The position numbers and the translations under genes are program-made. Shown one piece after another: positions 40,798 to 52,578 of a DNA stretch of 64,000 bases. How positions within the stretch are numbered: position 1 is the first letter of the stretch; every line of letters starts with the position of its first letter. The notes below the pieces were generated by a model that was not told where the DNA came from, made no database searches, and worked only from the letters and a program-made list of their open reading frames with translations. This stretch comes from Hypanus sabinus (lineage: Eukaryota). Where the stretch lies: NCBI RefSeq assembly GCF_030144855.1, contig NC_082731.1:28148001-28212000 (forward strand), read 5' to 3'.

Positions 40798-41804
40798 AAA
40801 GAGTTGACATAGGATTGGAAGGTACAGAATCTTTATGGGTTGAGCTAAGAAATCGCAGGGGTAAAAGGACCCTGATAGCTGTTATCTATAGGCCTCCAAA
40901 TAGCTGCAGTGATTTGGACTACGAATTACAATAGAAAATAGAAAAGGCTTGCCAGAAAGGGCAGTGTTATGATAATTGTAGAGGATTTTAACATGCGAGT
41001 GGATTGGGAAAATCAGGTCAGCACTGGATCTCAAGAGAGAGAACTTGTAGAATGTCTACGAGATGGCTTTTCAGAACAGCTTGTTGTTGAGCCCACTAGG
41101 GGATCTTCTGTACCGGATTGGGTATTGTGTAATGAACCAGAGGTAATTAGAGAGATGGAAGTGAAGGAACCCTTAGGAGGCAGTGATCACAACATGATTT
41201 AGTTCACTGTGAAATTTGAGAAAGAGAAGCCGAAATCTGATTTGTCAGTATTTCGGTGGAGTAAAGGAAATTACAATGGCATGAGAGAGGAACTGGCCAA
41301 AGTTGACTGGAAAGGGACACTAGCGGGAAGGATGGCATAGCAGCAGTGGCTGGAGTTTATGCGAGAAGTGAGGATGGTGCAAGACAGAAGCATTCCGAAG
41401 AAAAATAAATTTTCGAATGTAAAAAGGATGCAACCGTGGCTGACAAGAGAAGTCAAAGCCAAAGTAAAAGCAAAGCAGAGGGCATAAAAGGAAGCAAAAC
41501 TTAGTGGGAAGACCCAGGATTGGGAAGTTTTTAAAAGCTTACAAAAGGAAACTAAGAAGGTCATTAGAAGGGAAAAGATGAACTATGAAAGGAAGCTACA
41601 AATAATATCAAAGAGGATGCTAAGAGCTTTTTCAAGTATATAAAGAGTAAAAGACAGGTGAGAGTAGATATAGGACTGATAGAAAGTGATGCTGGAGAAA
41701 TTGTAATGGGAGATAAAGAGATGGCGGAGGAACTGAACAAGTATTTTGCATCAGTCTTCACTGAGGAAGACTTCAGTAGTATACCAGACATTCAAGGGTG
41801 TCAG

Positions 41805-42407
41805 CTAAGACTTTTACTGGAACAAATTATTGGAATACAACTTCCACATAGCCCAATATTATTTTTATTAGGCGATATTGAAGGGATAATATTGAAACCT
41901 AAATTGAATAAATATCAGAAAAAAATTCTAAAAATTGCATTGGCAGTAGCCAAAAAAGCTATTGCAGTTACTTGGAAATCAGATTCATACTTAACTATGG
42001 ACCATTGGAATAATGAAATATATAGCTGCATTCCACTTGAAAAAATTACTTATAATTTAAGAAATGAATACGATATATTTTTGAAAATTTGGCACCCCTA
42101 TCTACAAAAGATAGGACTAAATATATAGGTCCGTTGAAGATAAAATTATTAGTTATTTGGGGGAAAAAGATATATACTAAAGTTATTTTGAACTCCATTG
42201 AGCATGTGGGGATCCTCAGATATCCAGGCAATCCGTTTTTTCTTCTTTCTTTTTTTCTTTTTTCTTTTTTTTTAGACAGGGATGTTAAGGGGGGAAGGGT
42301 TAAGGGGAGAGGGAAGGCTAATATTAATTTTCATTACTCTGTTATTCTATTCATTTTATGTAATTAAAAATTTAATAAAAATATATATAAAATTAAAAAA
42401 AATTAAA
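41805..42407 (+). mobile_element. 5'-truncated L1 (3' end only)
   Basis: TSD AAGGGTGTCAG at 41794-41804 and 42408-42418. L1 ORF2 C-terminus (AKKAIAVTWKS...LEKITY...FLKIWHPY) and an A-rich tail. Confidence 0.85.
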
Positions 42408-44723
42408 AAGGGTGTCAGGGAAGAGAAATATGTGCAGTCACAATTACGACAGAGAAAGTACTCAGGAAGCTGAATAGTCTAAGGGTAGATAAATCTCCTC
42501 AACCAGGTGGAATGCACTCTCGTGTTCTGAAGGAAGTAGCAGTGGAGATTGCAGAGGCACTCGCAATGATCTTTCAAAAGTCGATAGATTCTGGCCTGGT
42601 TCCGGAGGACTGGAAGATGGCAAATGTAACTCCGCTATTTAAGAAGGGGGCAAAGAAGCAAAAAGGAAATTATAGACCTGTTAGCTTGACAGCGGTGGTT
42701 GGGAGGTTGTTGGAGTCGATTGTCAAGGATGAGGTTACGGAGTAGCTGGAGACATACGACAACATAGGCAGAACTCAGCATGGTTTCCTTAAAGGAAAAT
42801 CCTGCCTGACAAACCTAGTGCAATTTTTTGAGGAAATTACAAGTAGGCTAGACAAGGCAGATATAGTGGATGTTGTGTATTTGGATTTTCAGAAGCCCTT
42901 TGACAAGATGCCGCACATGAGGCTGCTAAACAAGATAAGAGCCCATGGAATTACAGGAAAGTTACAAACGTGGATAGACCATTGGTTGATTGGTAGGAAA
43001 CAGAGAGTGGGAATGAAGGGATCCCATTCTGGTTGGCTACCGGTTACCAGTGGTGTTCCGCAGGGGTCCGTGTTGGGGCCGCTTCTTTATACATTGTATG
43101 TCAACGATTTGGATTATGGAATAGATGGCTTTGTGTTAAGTTTGCTGATGAATCAAATATAGGTGGAGGGGCCGGTATTGCTGAGGAAACAGAGAGTCTG
43201 CAGAGAGCCTGAGATAGATTGAGGGAATGGGCAAAGAAGTGGCAAATGAATTACAATGTTGGAAAGTGTACGGTCATGCACATTGGTAGAAGAAATAAAT
43301 GGGCAGACTATTATTTAAATGGGGAGAGAATTCAAAGTTTTGAGATGCAACGGGACTTGGGAGTTCTCATGCAGGATGCCCTTAAGGATAACCTCCAGGT
43401 TGAGTTGGTGGTGAAGAAGGCTAATGCAATGTTGGCATTCATTTCTAGAGGAATAGAGTACAGGAGCATGGATGTGATGTTGAGGCTCTATAAGGCACCA
43501 TTAAGACCTCACTTGGAATACTGTGTGCAGTTTTGGGCTCCTTATTTAAGAAAGGATGTGCTGACGTGGGAGAGGGTTCAGAGAAGATTCACTAGAATGA
43601 TTCCGGGAATGAGAGGGTTAACATATGAGGAACGTTTGACCGCTCTTCAACTGTTCTCCTTGGAGTTTAGAAGAATGAGGGGGGACCTCATAGAATTATT
43701 TCGAATGTTGAAAGGCAAACAGAGCGGATGTGTCAAAGTTGTTTCCCATTGTGGGGGAGTCTAGTATGAGAGGACATGAATTGAGGATTACAGGGCGCCC
43801 ACTCAGAATGGAGATGCGAAAAAAATTTTTTAGCCAGAGGGTGGTGAATCTGTGGAATTTGTTGCCACGGGCGGCAGTGGAGGCCGGGTCATTGGGTGTA
43901 TTTAATGCAGAGATTGAAAGGTATCTGAGAAGTCAGGGCATCAAAGGTTATGGTGAGAAGCGGAGGGGAATGGGACTAAAGGGGAAATTGGATCAGCTCA
44001 TAATGAAATGGCGGAGTAGACTCGATGGGCCAAATGGCCGACTTCTGCTCCTTTGTCTTTTGGTCTTATGGGATGCAATACCCACTTGTACTTGTAGGCA
44101 GGTGAAGTCACTGCAGTGATGAGGGAACTAAGATGGGATGAATGGCTTCCCTCAGTTTTATCAACTCCAGACACTTCATTTTCTCATTGTCTTTGTTTAT
44201 AATTAATACAGTTTCAAATCATGAAATAAACTCCAGTGGAATAATGCAAGAAGTGCTACAGGCAATGACCTCCGTAACGTCTGATTTACAAAATATGACA
44301 GAACAAGACACTGACCCCACCCTCCACCACAATCACCCCCCACATCAATTTCTTGCTCCTTAACAATAATATCCATTTCCTCACCTCCCTCTTCTCCTTC
44401 ACTCATAAAGCTCCCATCCCCTGTTTCCCATTCCCAAGGCTTAATGCTGCCTTCCTCTCCCCTCCTTTATACCCCCTCCAGTGTCACATTATCCTGCCAT
44501 TTTCCCAATGTATCATCCACTGTTGTCCCTCCACCCACCTAACCGGCTCCGTGCCCCCATTTTCCATCTGGCATCCCAGGAGCATCTAGAGGTTTATATT
44601 CTGAAATGAGCAGTTGCAGTGCAGTAGCCTCGGATTGCCGAGTGAGTGAGATGGAGTCTCCATTTCCAAACATCGCAGCCACACGGGGATTTCTTGTCTG
44701 AGTGTGGGGCGTGTGTCTGCTGG

Positions 44724-44735
44724 TCACTGCTGAAC
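44724..44735 (-). CDS. IgW: Probable Ig heavy-chain TM2 exon (codes VQQ-stop), followed by a non-repetitive 3' UTR towards about 44190
   Basis: Acceptor ctgtctatatttcag|GTT CAG CAG TGA is phase 0 and matches the TM1 donor, giving ...TVVKVQQ*. It sits in the only substantial unique island (about 44070-44960) downstream of TM1. Only a variant TATAAA poly(A) signal was seen (about 44196-44201). Confidence 0.6.
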   Translation of the reverse strand, partial: VQQ

Positions 44736-44959
44736 CTGAAATATAGACAGGAGAGTATGATATTGTGTGTGACAAGGTGCAGCATAGACCTTAACCTGTG
44801 AGGACATGTGAACAAAATAACAGACGGTCTGTCCTCATTGCAGGAGATGTAATCCCATGAAGAGATGTCTGTCATTATTCTCTGAGGTCACTCCAAAACA
44901 AAAATATGAATACCAGTTCAGACCTTTAGGGTGATCCACCGTTGGGCTAATGTTTCATT

Positions 44960-45890
44960 TCCTGAGTAAAACCATAAGATAAGATATAGGAGCAGAATTA
45001 TGCTATTTGGGCAATGCAGTTGCTGTACCACTTAGACAAATTGGAAGAATGGGCAAAAAGTGGCAGATGAATTACAATCTTGGGAAATGTATGATAATTC
45101 ATTTTAGCAAAAGGAGCAATAGTGCAGACTATTATCGAAATGGGAAGAAGGTTCAAACATCAGAGGTGCAAAGTGACTTAGGAGTCCTTGTGTGAGTCTC
45201 ACAGAAGGTTAATTTACAGGTCGAGTCTGTGGTGAAGAAAGCAAATGGAAAGTTAGCATTTATTTCAAGGGGAATAGAGTATAAAAGCAAGGGGATAGTG
45301 TTGAGGCTTCGTAAGACACTAATCAGGCCACACTTAGGATACTGTCATCAGTTTTGAGCCCAATATCTCAGAAAGAATGTGTTTTCATTGGAGAGAGTCC
45401 AGAGGAGATTCATGAGGATGAGTCCAGCAATGAAGGGGTTAATGTATAAGAAGCATATGGCAGCTTTGGGCGTGCAGTCACTGGAATTTAGAAGAATGTG
45501 GGGCAATCTTATTGAAACCTACCGAATGTTGAAAAGAATAGATAGGATGGATGTGGAGTCGATGTTTCCTCTGGTGGGGGTATCTGGAACAAGAGAGTAC
45601 AGCCTCAAAATTGAGGGGCAATCTTTTAGAACAAAGGTAAGGAACAATTTTTTTAGCCTGAGAATGCTGAACCTGTGGAATGCTCTGCCACAAACTGCAG
45701 TGGAGGCTAAATCGTGGATATATTTAAGGTGGAAATGAATAGTTTCCTAATCGATCAGGGCATCAAAGAATATGCTGAGAAGGCAGGTGTATGGGATTGA
45801 GTGGAGTCCGGGATCAACCATGATAGAATGGCAGGACAGCATTGATGGGCTGAATGGCCTAATACTGCTCCTGTCTCACGGTCTTACTTC
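44960..45890 (+). mobile_element. CR1 LINE 3' fragment
   Basis: KWQMNYNLGKCMIIHF and ERVQRRFMRM...EFRRMWGNLIETYRML motifs; CR1-type tail. Confidence 0.8.
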
Positions 45891-45894
45891 TGAT

Positions 45895-47330
45895 GTGGTC
45901 TTGCCAGAGAAAAGGTTAATACTTCTTTGTTCCTGTCTAATGCCCTTGTAAGTTGCCCTGTGTCAATTTAAATCTCTTCCACAAGGACCATACCTATCCT
46001 TGTCGACAGCTATCCTGAAAGTTAACCAGTTGTGGTCACGATTCCCGAACTGTTCACCCATTGAAAGGTCAGTCACCCGGCCAGGCTCATTCCCCAAAAC
46101 CAGGTACAGTATGGTCCCTCCTTTCACTGGACTGTCACACATTGATTTAAGAAACCTGCTTAACAGATTCAAAACCATCTGACCCCTTACACTCAGAAGC
46201 TCCCAGTTTATATTAGGGAAGCTGAAATCCCCCATGACAGCAACCCTATTATTATTACACTTCTCCTTGATCTGATTACATATCTGCTCCTCAATTTCCC
46301 AGTGGCTATCAGGGGGTCCGTAGTACAATCCCATCAGTGGGATTGCACCCTGTCTATTCCTGAGTTTCACCCAAATGGACTCAGTTTCTGACTCCTCCAT
46401 TATGTCTTCTCTGAGTGCAGCTGTGATATTGTCCCTGATAAAGAGTGCACCCCCCCCCCACCCCACCACCCTTACCTACTCCTCTATCTTTTCTAGAACT
46501 CCAAACACCTGGCACATTAATCACCCATTCCTGCCTGCCGCTCTGTCAACTAAGTTTCACTAATGGCTACAACACCGTAGTTTCATGTACTGATCCATCA
46601 CCCTTACCCATAATACTCCCAGCGTTAAAATAGACACACCTCAAACTATCCGACCCATCCTACCCGTCATTTCAATTTTGCCTTTCCATACCTTCTCTGA
46701 TGTCTAACTTCTGGTCAGATCCATTCCCTGCTGACCTGGGACTCTGGTTCTCAGCCCCCTACAAAACTAGTTTAAACTCTCCCAGGTAGCATCAGTAAAC
46801 CTCACAGCCAGGATACTGGCTCCTCTCCAGTTCAAGTGCAAACCAGCCCAATCTATCTGCATATTGAAATTCCCGATGACTCTTTTAGCACTGCACTGTT
46901 GACTTGCATTTTCTATCTCTCATTGTAACTTGTAGACCACATCTTTGCTACTGTTCGGAGGTCTGTATATAACTCCCATCAAGGACTTTACCCTTACTGT
47001 TTCTTAGCTCTACCCACAAAAATTTTACACTTTCCAATCCTTTGTCACTTCTTCCTAATAATTTGATTTAATTTTTTCCCAACACAGCTGCACCATGTCC
47101 TCTGCCTACCTCCCTATCCTTTCAATACAATGTGTATCATTGCGCATCACCCAAATTTTCATCACCCTTTTCGATTTTGTCCCCGTTTTACATTTCAACT
47201 TATCCCATTGACTGCAATTTTGCCCTATTATCAGCCTTTGCTTACTAGCAGACTCACTACACACTGCCTCTGTTGTTAAACCAACGACTGGAAGCTCAGC
47301 CCTATCACTCCATTTCCCATCCCCTGTCAA
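45895..47330 (-). mobile_element. CR1 LINE fragment (ORF1/ORF2 junction and endonuclease)
   Basis: GGALFIRDNI...SIWVKLRN...YYGPPDS...MGDFSFPNINW (45963-46469). Confidence 0.8.
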
Positions 47331-47584
47331 ATTAGTTCAAACCCTCCTGAACAGCTCCAGCAAAGCTGCCCACAAAGATATGTATCTTCCTTGGATTCAC
47401 GTGCAACCTGTGAATATTCTTCCACCTTTTCCTTATCAAGACCCAGACGACCCAACATATTGATGCAGCTTCAGAGAAGGCACAAAAGCTGCTATATTTC
47501 TTTAGGAGCTTGAGGAGATTTGGTGTGTCACCGTGGAGAGCAGTCTCACTGCACACTGCCTCTGTTTGTAAACCAACGACAGAA

Positions 47585-49200
47585 TATTATTACTATCATG
47601 ATAAATGATATATTTTCCAATAGAAATACTAGTATTGGAATATCTTTATTTGTGGATGATGGAGCTATGTGAAAAAGGGATGGGAATGTGCAATTTATAA
47701 CACGGAAACTTCAAGAATCATAGGTTAAGGTGGAAGATTGGGCATTAAAATGGGAATTCAGATTTTCAGCAGAGAAATCCAAAATAATGTTTTACACTAG
47801 GAAGAATACAGAACAACACTTGAAACTAAAACTTTATGGTACGGAATTAGAAGGGGTGGATACATTTACATTTTTAGGAATTTGGTTTGATAAAAGACTC
47901 ACATGGTCAACACATATTAAAGAAATAATAACCAAAAGTAAGGAAGTGCTAAATGTTATGAGGTGTTCAACTGGAAAGGAATGGGGAGCTGATAGGAATC
48001 CCTTGAAAGCAATATACACAGGATTAATAAGATCAATACTGGACTATGGAAATATGGTATATGGATCAGCATCACATTGTGTGCTCAATAAACTGGGTAT
48101 AATTCTAAGTCAAGCATTAAGGTTAATCAATGGGGTAATAAAGACAAAACCAGTGGAGGCAATGCAGGTGGAGTTGGGAGAGACACCTCTGGTACTGAGA
48201 AGAGCTCAGCTTGTGTTACCATATTGGCCTGGAGAAAATCATCCAACTCAACAGCTTTTAGATCCATGCTGGGAAAAGGAAAGAAGGAAATTCAGAAGTT
48301 TTGCATGGACTATTGAAGGAAAAGCAGGAAGGACAAGAATTAGTAATAAGGCAGTGAATGATACAGTGTCTTTTACTGGGCTGCCTCCATGACTCTGTAA
48401 AGCACCAGAGGTGGATCGTAAATTATTCAAAAAGAGACAGCAAAATAGAGAAGTGATTTTAAATTAAGATATAGTAGAAGCCCATGTAAATAATGATCAT
48501 TATGTACTGTATATTTACAAATGCAAACAAATGCTTCAAAAATTGCAATGGTAGATTAGTGTAGGATTGGTAGTGCCTGATTTGAACATGAAAAAGCAGG
48601 TGAGGAAAAATGATGATTTCTCAGTGCATACAGGGGAAATGACAGCTGGACTATTCACATTGCAGTAGGTGGAGGAGGTAAGACCGATGAGAGTTGTAAT
48701 ATTGTCTGATTCAAGGACAACAATCAGGACTCAAAAAGATTTACATTTTGAGGCAAGATGAGACTTTGTAAGTAAGGTAATACAAACCTTATTTCGACCA
48801 CATAATAATGTCCAGAAAGAAATGGGATAGTTGAGGAATGCAGGAAAGAGCAGGAGGTGATAACATCAAGATTGAGGTTTGGGCACAGATTTAAAGTACA
48901 TTATTTTTCATGAAGAAACACAATACAGGGAGTTGTGAATATTGTAATCAACAAGACATAATCAAGAGAGGGGTTGATTGATCTTAGAGTTATCACAGAA
49001 TAAAATTAAATTTAAAATTAACAGCATTTTGCAGAAAGGACTGCGGGATTATTGCATTAAATAAATAGTGCAGTTCCTTAAGAACACAGGACTTTTTATA
49101 AATTTGATACAAATATAAATATGGGGTCAAATTTAAAAATGTGTGTCATGATATGATGACCCCCACGCTGGTTCTGTAGTACCGATAATGCACCTTAAAG
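47585..49200 (+). mobile_element. Nimb/I-group LINE 3' part with RNase H remnant
   Basis: WALKWEFRFSAEKS...FLGIWFDKRLTW...WGADR...YTGLIRSILDYG (47730-48392). An RNase H-like remnant (SVHTGEM...VVILSDS) and a C-terminal RLRFGH...CEYC motif follow. The 3' end resembles ...gataatgcacc. Confidence 0.7.
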
Positions 49201-49639
49201 CTTTTGCCAACTGCTATAAAAACCTCAGAACATTATCAACTAGTGAAAAGCCCAGATGGGGTTGATGTGGAGGGGATGTTTGCGAGAGCGTCGGGATGTA
49301 AGTATACACAGGCTATTCCCGCTATAGGCTGTTTGCCGAGGGAAGACAGAGAAGGGAAACACCAGAGAAAAAGTCAGGCAGACACAGTAAACCAGACCTC
49401 CCACTTATCTGTTTCTGTCCTTGCTGCCATCGGTTAAAAGGCCCGTCTCACATCTGGCTAGAGAAATGCAGACCATCTACCTCTATTGGTTGAAGGTCTG
49501 CAGGTTCCCACTCTCCCTTTTTATCTCCATTGGTTTGCACGCAGATCCAACATATGGCTTGCCTTACCAGTGTTCATGTTTTTTAAAGTTAGGGGTTGAA
49601 TCACATGAAAATTTTTCAGAAAGGTTCAGTTCCTCAGCA

Positions 49640-50204
49640 CAGAGTCATCCTGCAAATTAACCATGAGGGAATCCTCAGAATTTTGTATTTTTTGTCCATT
49701 TAGAAAAGAGTCAACCGTTTCATTTCTTCTACCAAAGTGCATAACCATACACTTTCCAACATTGTATTCCATCTGCCTCATCTTTGCCCAATCTCCTAAT
49801 CTATTTAACTGTTTCTGTATCATCTCTACTTCCTCAAAACTACCTGCCCCTCGATATATAATATAATCAGTGTGTCCACCATTTTCTTGTCCCCAATTAT
49901 TACCTCTCCAGCATTGTTTTCCAGTTGTCCTATACCCACTCTTGCCTCTCTTTTACACTTTATGTATCTGAAGCAACATTTGGTGTTCTCTTTAATATTG
50001 TTGAGTAGCCTCTTTAGTATTCCATCTTATTCCTCTTACTGACCTTTTTAGTTGCCTTCTGTTGGTTTTAAATGCTTCTCAATCCTCTAACTTCCCACCA
50101 ATGTGAGCTCAATTATATGCCCTCTCTCTGGCTGTTATGTTGCTTTTGACTTCCCTTGTTCACCATGGTTGCATCATCTTGCCTTTTGAACATTTCTTCC
50201 TTCT
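49640..50204 (-). mobile_element. CR1 LINE fragments
   Basis: LNRLGDWAKMRQMEYNVGKCMVMHFG and an upstream ORF2 linker remnant. Confidence 0.75.
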
Positions 50205-51740
50205 CAAATCCCCGTCTGAATCATCAGTGAGGCATTACGGAGGGTTATTTCCCTCTTGGAAATAGACTTTGAGGTTCAGCGTAAAGGAGTCTTTTTCCTT
50301 CCTTCAGAACTGGTGGCTGGATTTCATAAGTTTGGCTGCAAGTTCCCCAGACTGTTCAGATATTTCCTTGGTCCTCGGCTGAACTAGGGGACTTGACTAG
50401 AGAGTGTTGGGACTTGCAGAGCATTGACTGAAGAAGGCTTGTTCATCCTTGAGGACAGTATCGAGAAGGTCTCAGTTTACCTCACACTGAAGGCTGCCCT
50501 CTTATTGGTTGTTGGTCACGGGAGAGTCTGAGTCTCAGAACACCATGGCACAAACAAACCCTGTTATGATGACTGGAGAAAGCAATGATTTTCCCCTCCC
50601 TCCAGTCCACAGCCTGGGACATTTGGCCCACCAGTGACATACTTCCCCACAGTAAAAGCAGCGATCTTGACTCTGACACTGGGACCTATCATCAGCAGAG
50701 AGTCCTGTACAACCGACCTGAATGAGTTTGACTGGATCTTGAGTAGTGATGGGCTGCTCATGGTCCAAGGTTGGGGGGGGGGGGGGGGGGTGAAACTGAT
50801 GCGTAGGGACTAGAATTGCACCGACTCACTTTGATTTCCTGAAGTGGTCCCACTTTCACTCTGCCACACGATTATTGAGATGGATGCACTGATCACTGAA
50901 AGCTTCTAAGATCTCAGCTGGCTCTCCCAAGGTGAGGTGTCCTTCAGTTCATTTGTGGCAGTAGAACATGGCCACAGCCTCCCTATTCCAACCACTCTCC
51001 TGGGCTAAGATCCAAAATTCAACTGCATTGTTGGCCGTGGACCGTAGCCCGTGTTGAATCTTCATCAACTGATCTGAGGCTCGCTGGCTCTGGTGAGGTG
51101 ATCAAACATCTTCCTCCTAGCAGCCATGAATTCCTCAAAATCCCAGCAGATCTCTGACCTATGTTCCCAATGCGCTGTGGCCCAAGGTAGAGCTCTTCCG
51201 GTCCGGAGAGAGATAATGAAGGCCACCTTTCCTTGATCTGAAGGGAACTGGGAACAGCTGTTGTTCAAACATGAATGAGCATCGGGTGAAGGGCCACAGC
51301 AAGAACCCAAGTCACTGTCAAATCTCTCTGGGGTTGAATGATGTGCTGGCTCTCCCGAGCGACCTTGGCTTCCTCCTTGTGAAAGTTGTTGAATGGCGAC
51401 CTGGAGTTCGTGAATCTCTGGGCCTTGTCTGGTAATCCTCGTCACCACAGAAGACAAAAGATTTTGATATCCCACTGGGTCCATGTTGGCTCAATTGTAA
51501 TGTTACAAGAGTCCTTGATGAGGATGATTTGGACCCAGTTGCCGGGGTAAATGAAGCAAGGTTCTAAATGTGGTATCAAACTAGATCTGAACACAAAACA
51601 AATGCTGGATGATATCACCAGTTGGCTCACGATTGAGCACCAAACCTTTGTTCAACTGTTCCTTAAGTACTCAATTCGTGGTGCTCATACACGATTATCA
51701 ATTAGCAGGACCATCATGAACCCTTAAAGGGGCCATGACA
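50205..51740 (-). mobile_element. Tf1/sushi-like Gypsy 5' part: 5' LTR (51501-51740), gag, deleted pol
   Basis: The 240-bp LTR runs TGTCA...TAACA. Gag reads MDPVG...PERFD...KVAFIISLRTGRALPWA (51065-51484), with knuckle CFYCGEVCHWWAKC. It shares the WTGGRG...GFVC linker with the copy at 6400-7070. Confidence 0.85.
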
Positions 51741-52578
51741 GATATCCGTTCCCTCGGAAACTGGTGCAGTTTGGAATGTCTTGTAACAAAGACTTCTGGA
51801 TGTCCACATTTGCAGTTGAGAGTGCCATGGACACGATCTGTGACATCCCTGTTCCTGGCAGCAGAGATGAAACATATCAAGCTCTATCAAGCCCACAGAA
51901 CCTCGTCCCTGTTCTTCTGAGAAAGGAATCTCCTATCATCACTGCATACTCTTAACCTCTCTCCTCTTCTGAGCCACATCACCAGACTCAGGGCCAGAGA
52001 CCCAGTCATTCTGGATCCCCCTGGTAGGTCGTTTCCTCTCTGTTGTATCTAAAGTTAAATATTATTGAGCGGAACAGCCACAGGTGTTCTCTGCACTGGT
52101 TGTGCATTTGCCCTCCTTTTCCTGACAGTCACCCAGCTACCTGTCTCCTGAAGCCTTGGGGTAACTACCTCCCTGTAGCTCCTGTCTATCACCTCCTCAG
52201 TCTCCTGTAAGAGTCAAAGCTCATCGAGTTGCAGCTTCAGTTCCTTAATACATTCTCTCAGTTGCTGCAACTCGGTGCACCTGGTACAGATGTGTTCACC
52301 TGGGAGACTGGAGTCTTCCAGACTTCCCACATCACACACAGAGTGAAAAACACTGCCCCTGGAGCCACTCACTAAATTACTTTGCCATAATAGATGAGGA
52401 ATGAAGAAATGAGAACAGAAAGGGAGAAACCTTATGGTCTTATGGAAGGTGGTGCAGGGATGAAATGGAGGAAATTCATGAGACATAATCTCCCACACAC
52501 AGAGCCTTGCTGACTAATCCTAATCAACCCCAGTTGATTTGAAATAGCTCTTAACCCTCAGAACTTCTCCATTAAGAC
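51741..52578 (-). mobile_element. CR1 ORF1 fragment within a composite repeat segment (copy B of the duplicated unit)
   Basis: Colinear with about 12420-13079, including the non-coding segment and the CATTAAGAC junction. Confidence 0.7.

Larger units (their letters stand above)
30245..44068 (+). mobile_element. 5'-truncated CR1 LINE (ORF1 end plus ORF2), split by two L1 insertions
   Basis: Esterase ORF1 (CLPGARVRD...HVGTND, 30313-30681). ORF2 pieces at about 30900-31159, 40798-41804 and 42408-43950 rejoin across TSDs. The tail is tcttttggtcttatgg. Confidence 0.88.

Noticed and set aside
41658-42128. 156-aa ORF fusing CR1 ORF2 to an L1 ORF2 C-terminus
   Set aside because: The junction is exactly the TSD of the truncated L1. 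An in-frame join has a 1-in-3 chance, and there is no sign of a promoter or of selection.
50763-50790. Long G run (also 7723-7755) as a functional G-quadruplex or switch region
   Set aside because: Isolated homopolymers inside TE fragments, with no extended repeat array. Lengths may be sequencing artefacts.
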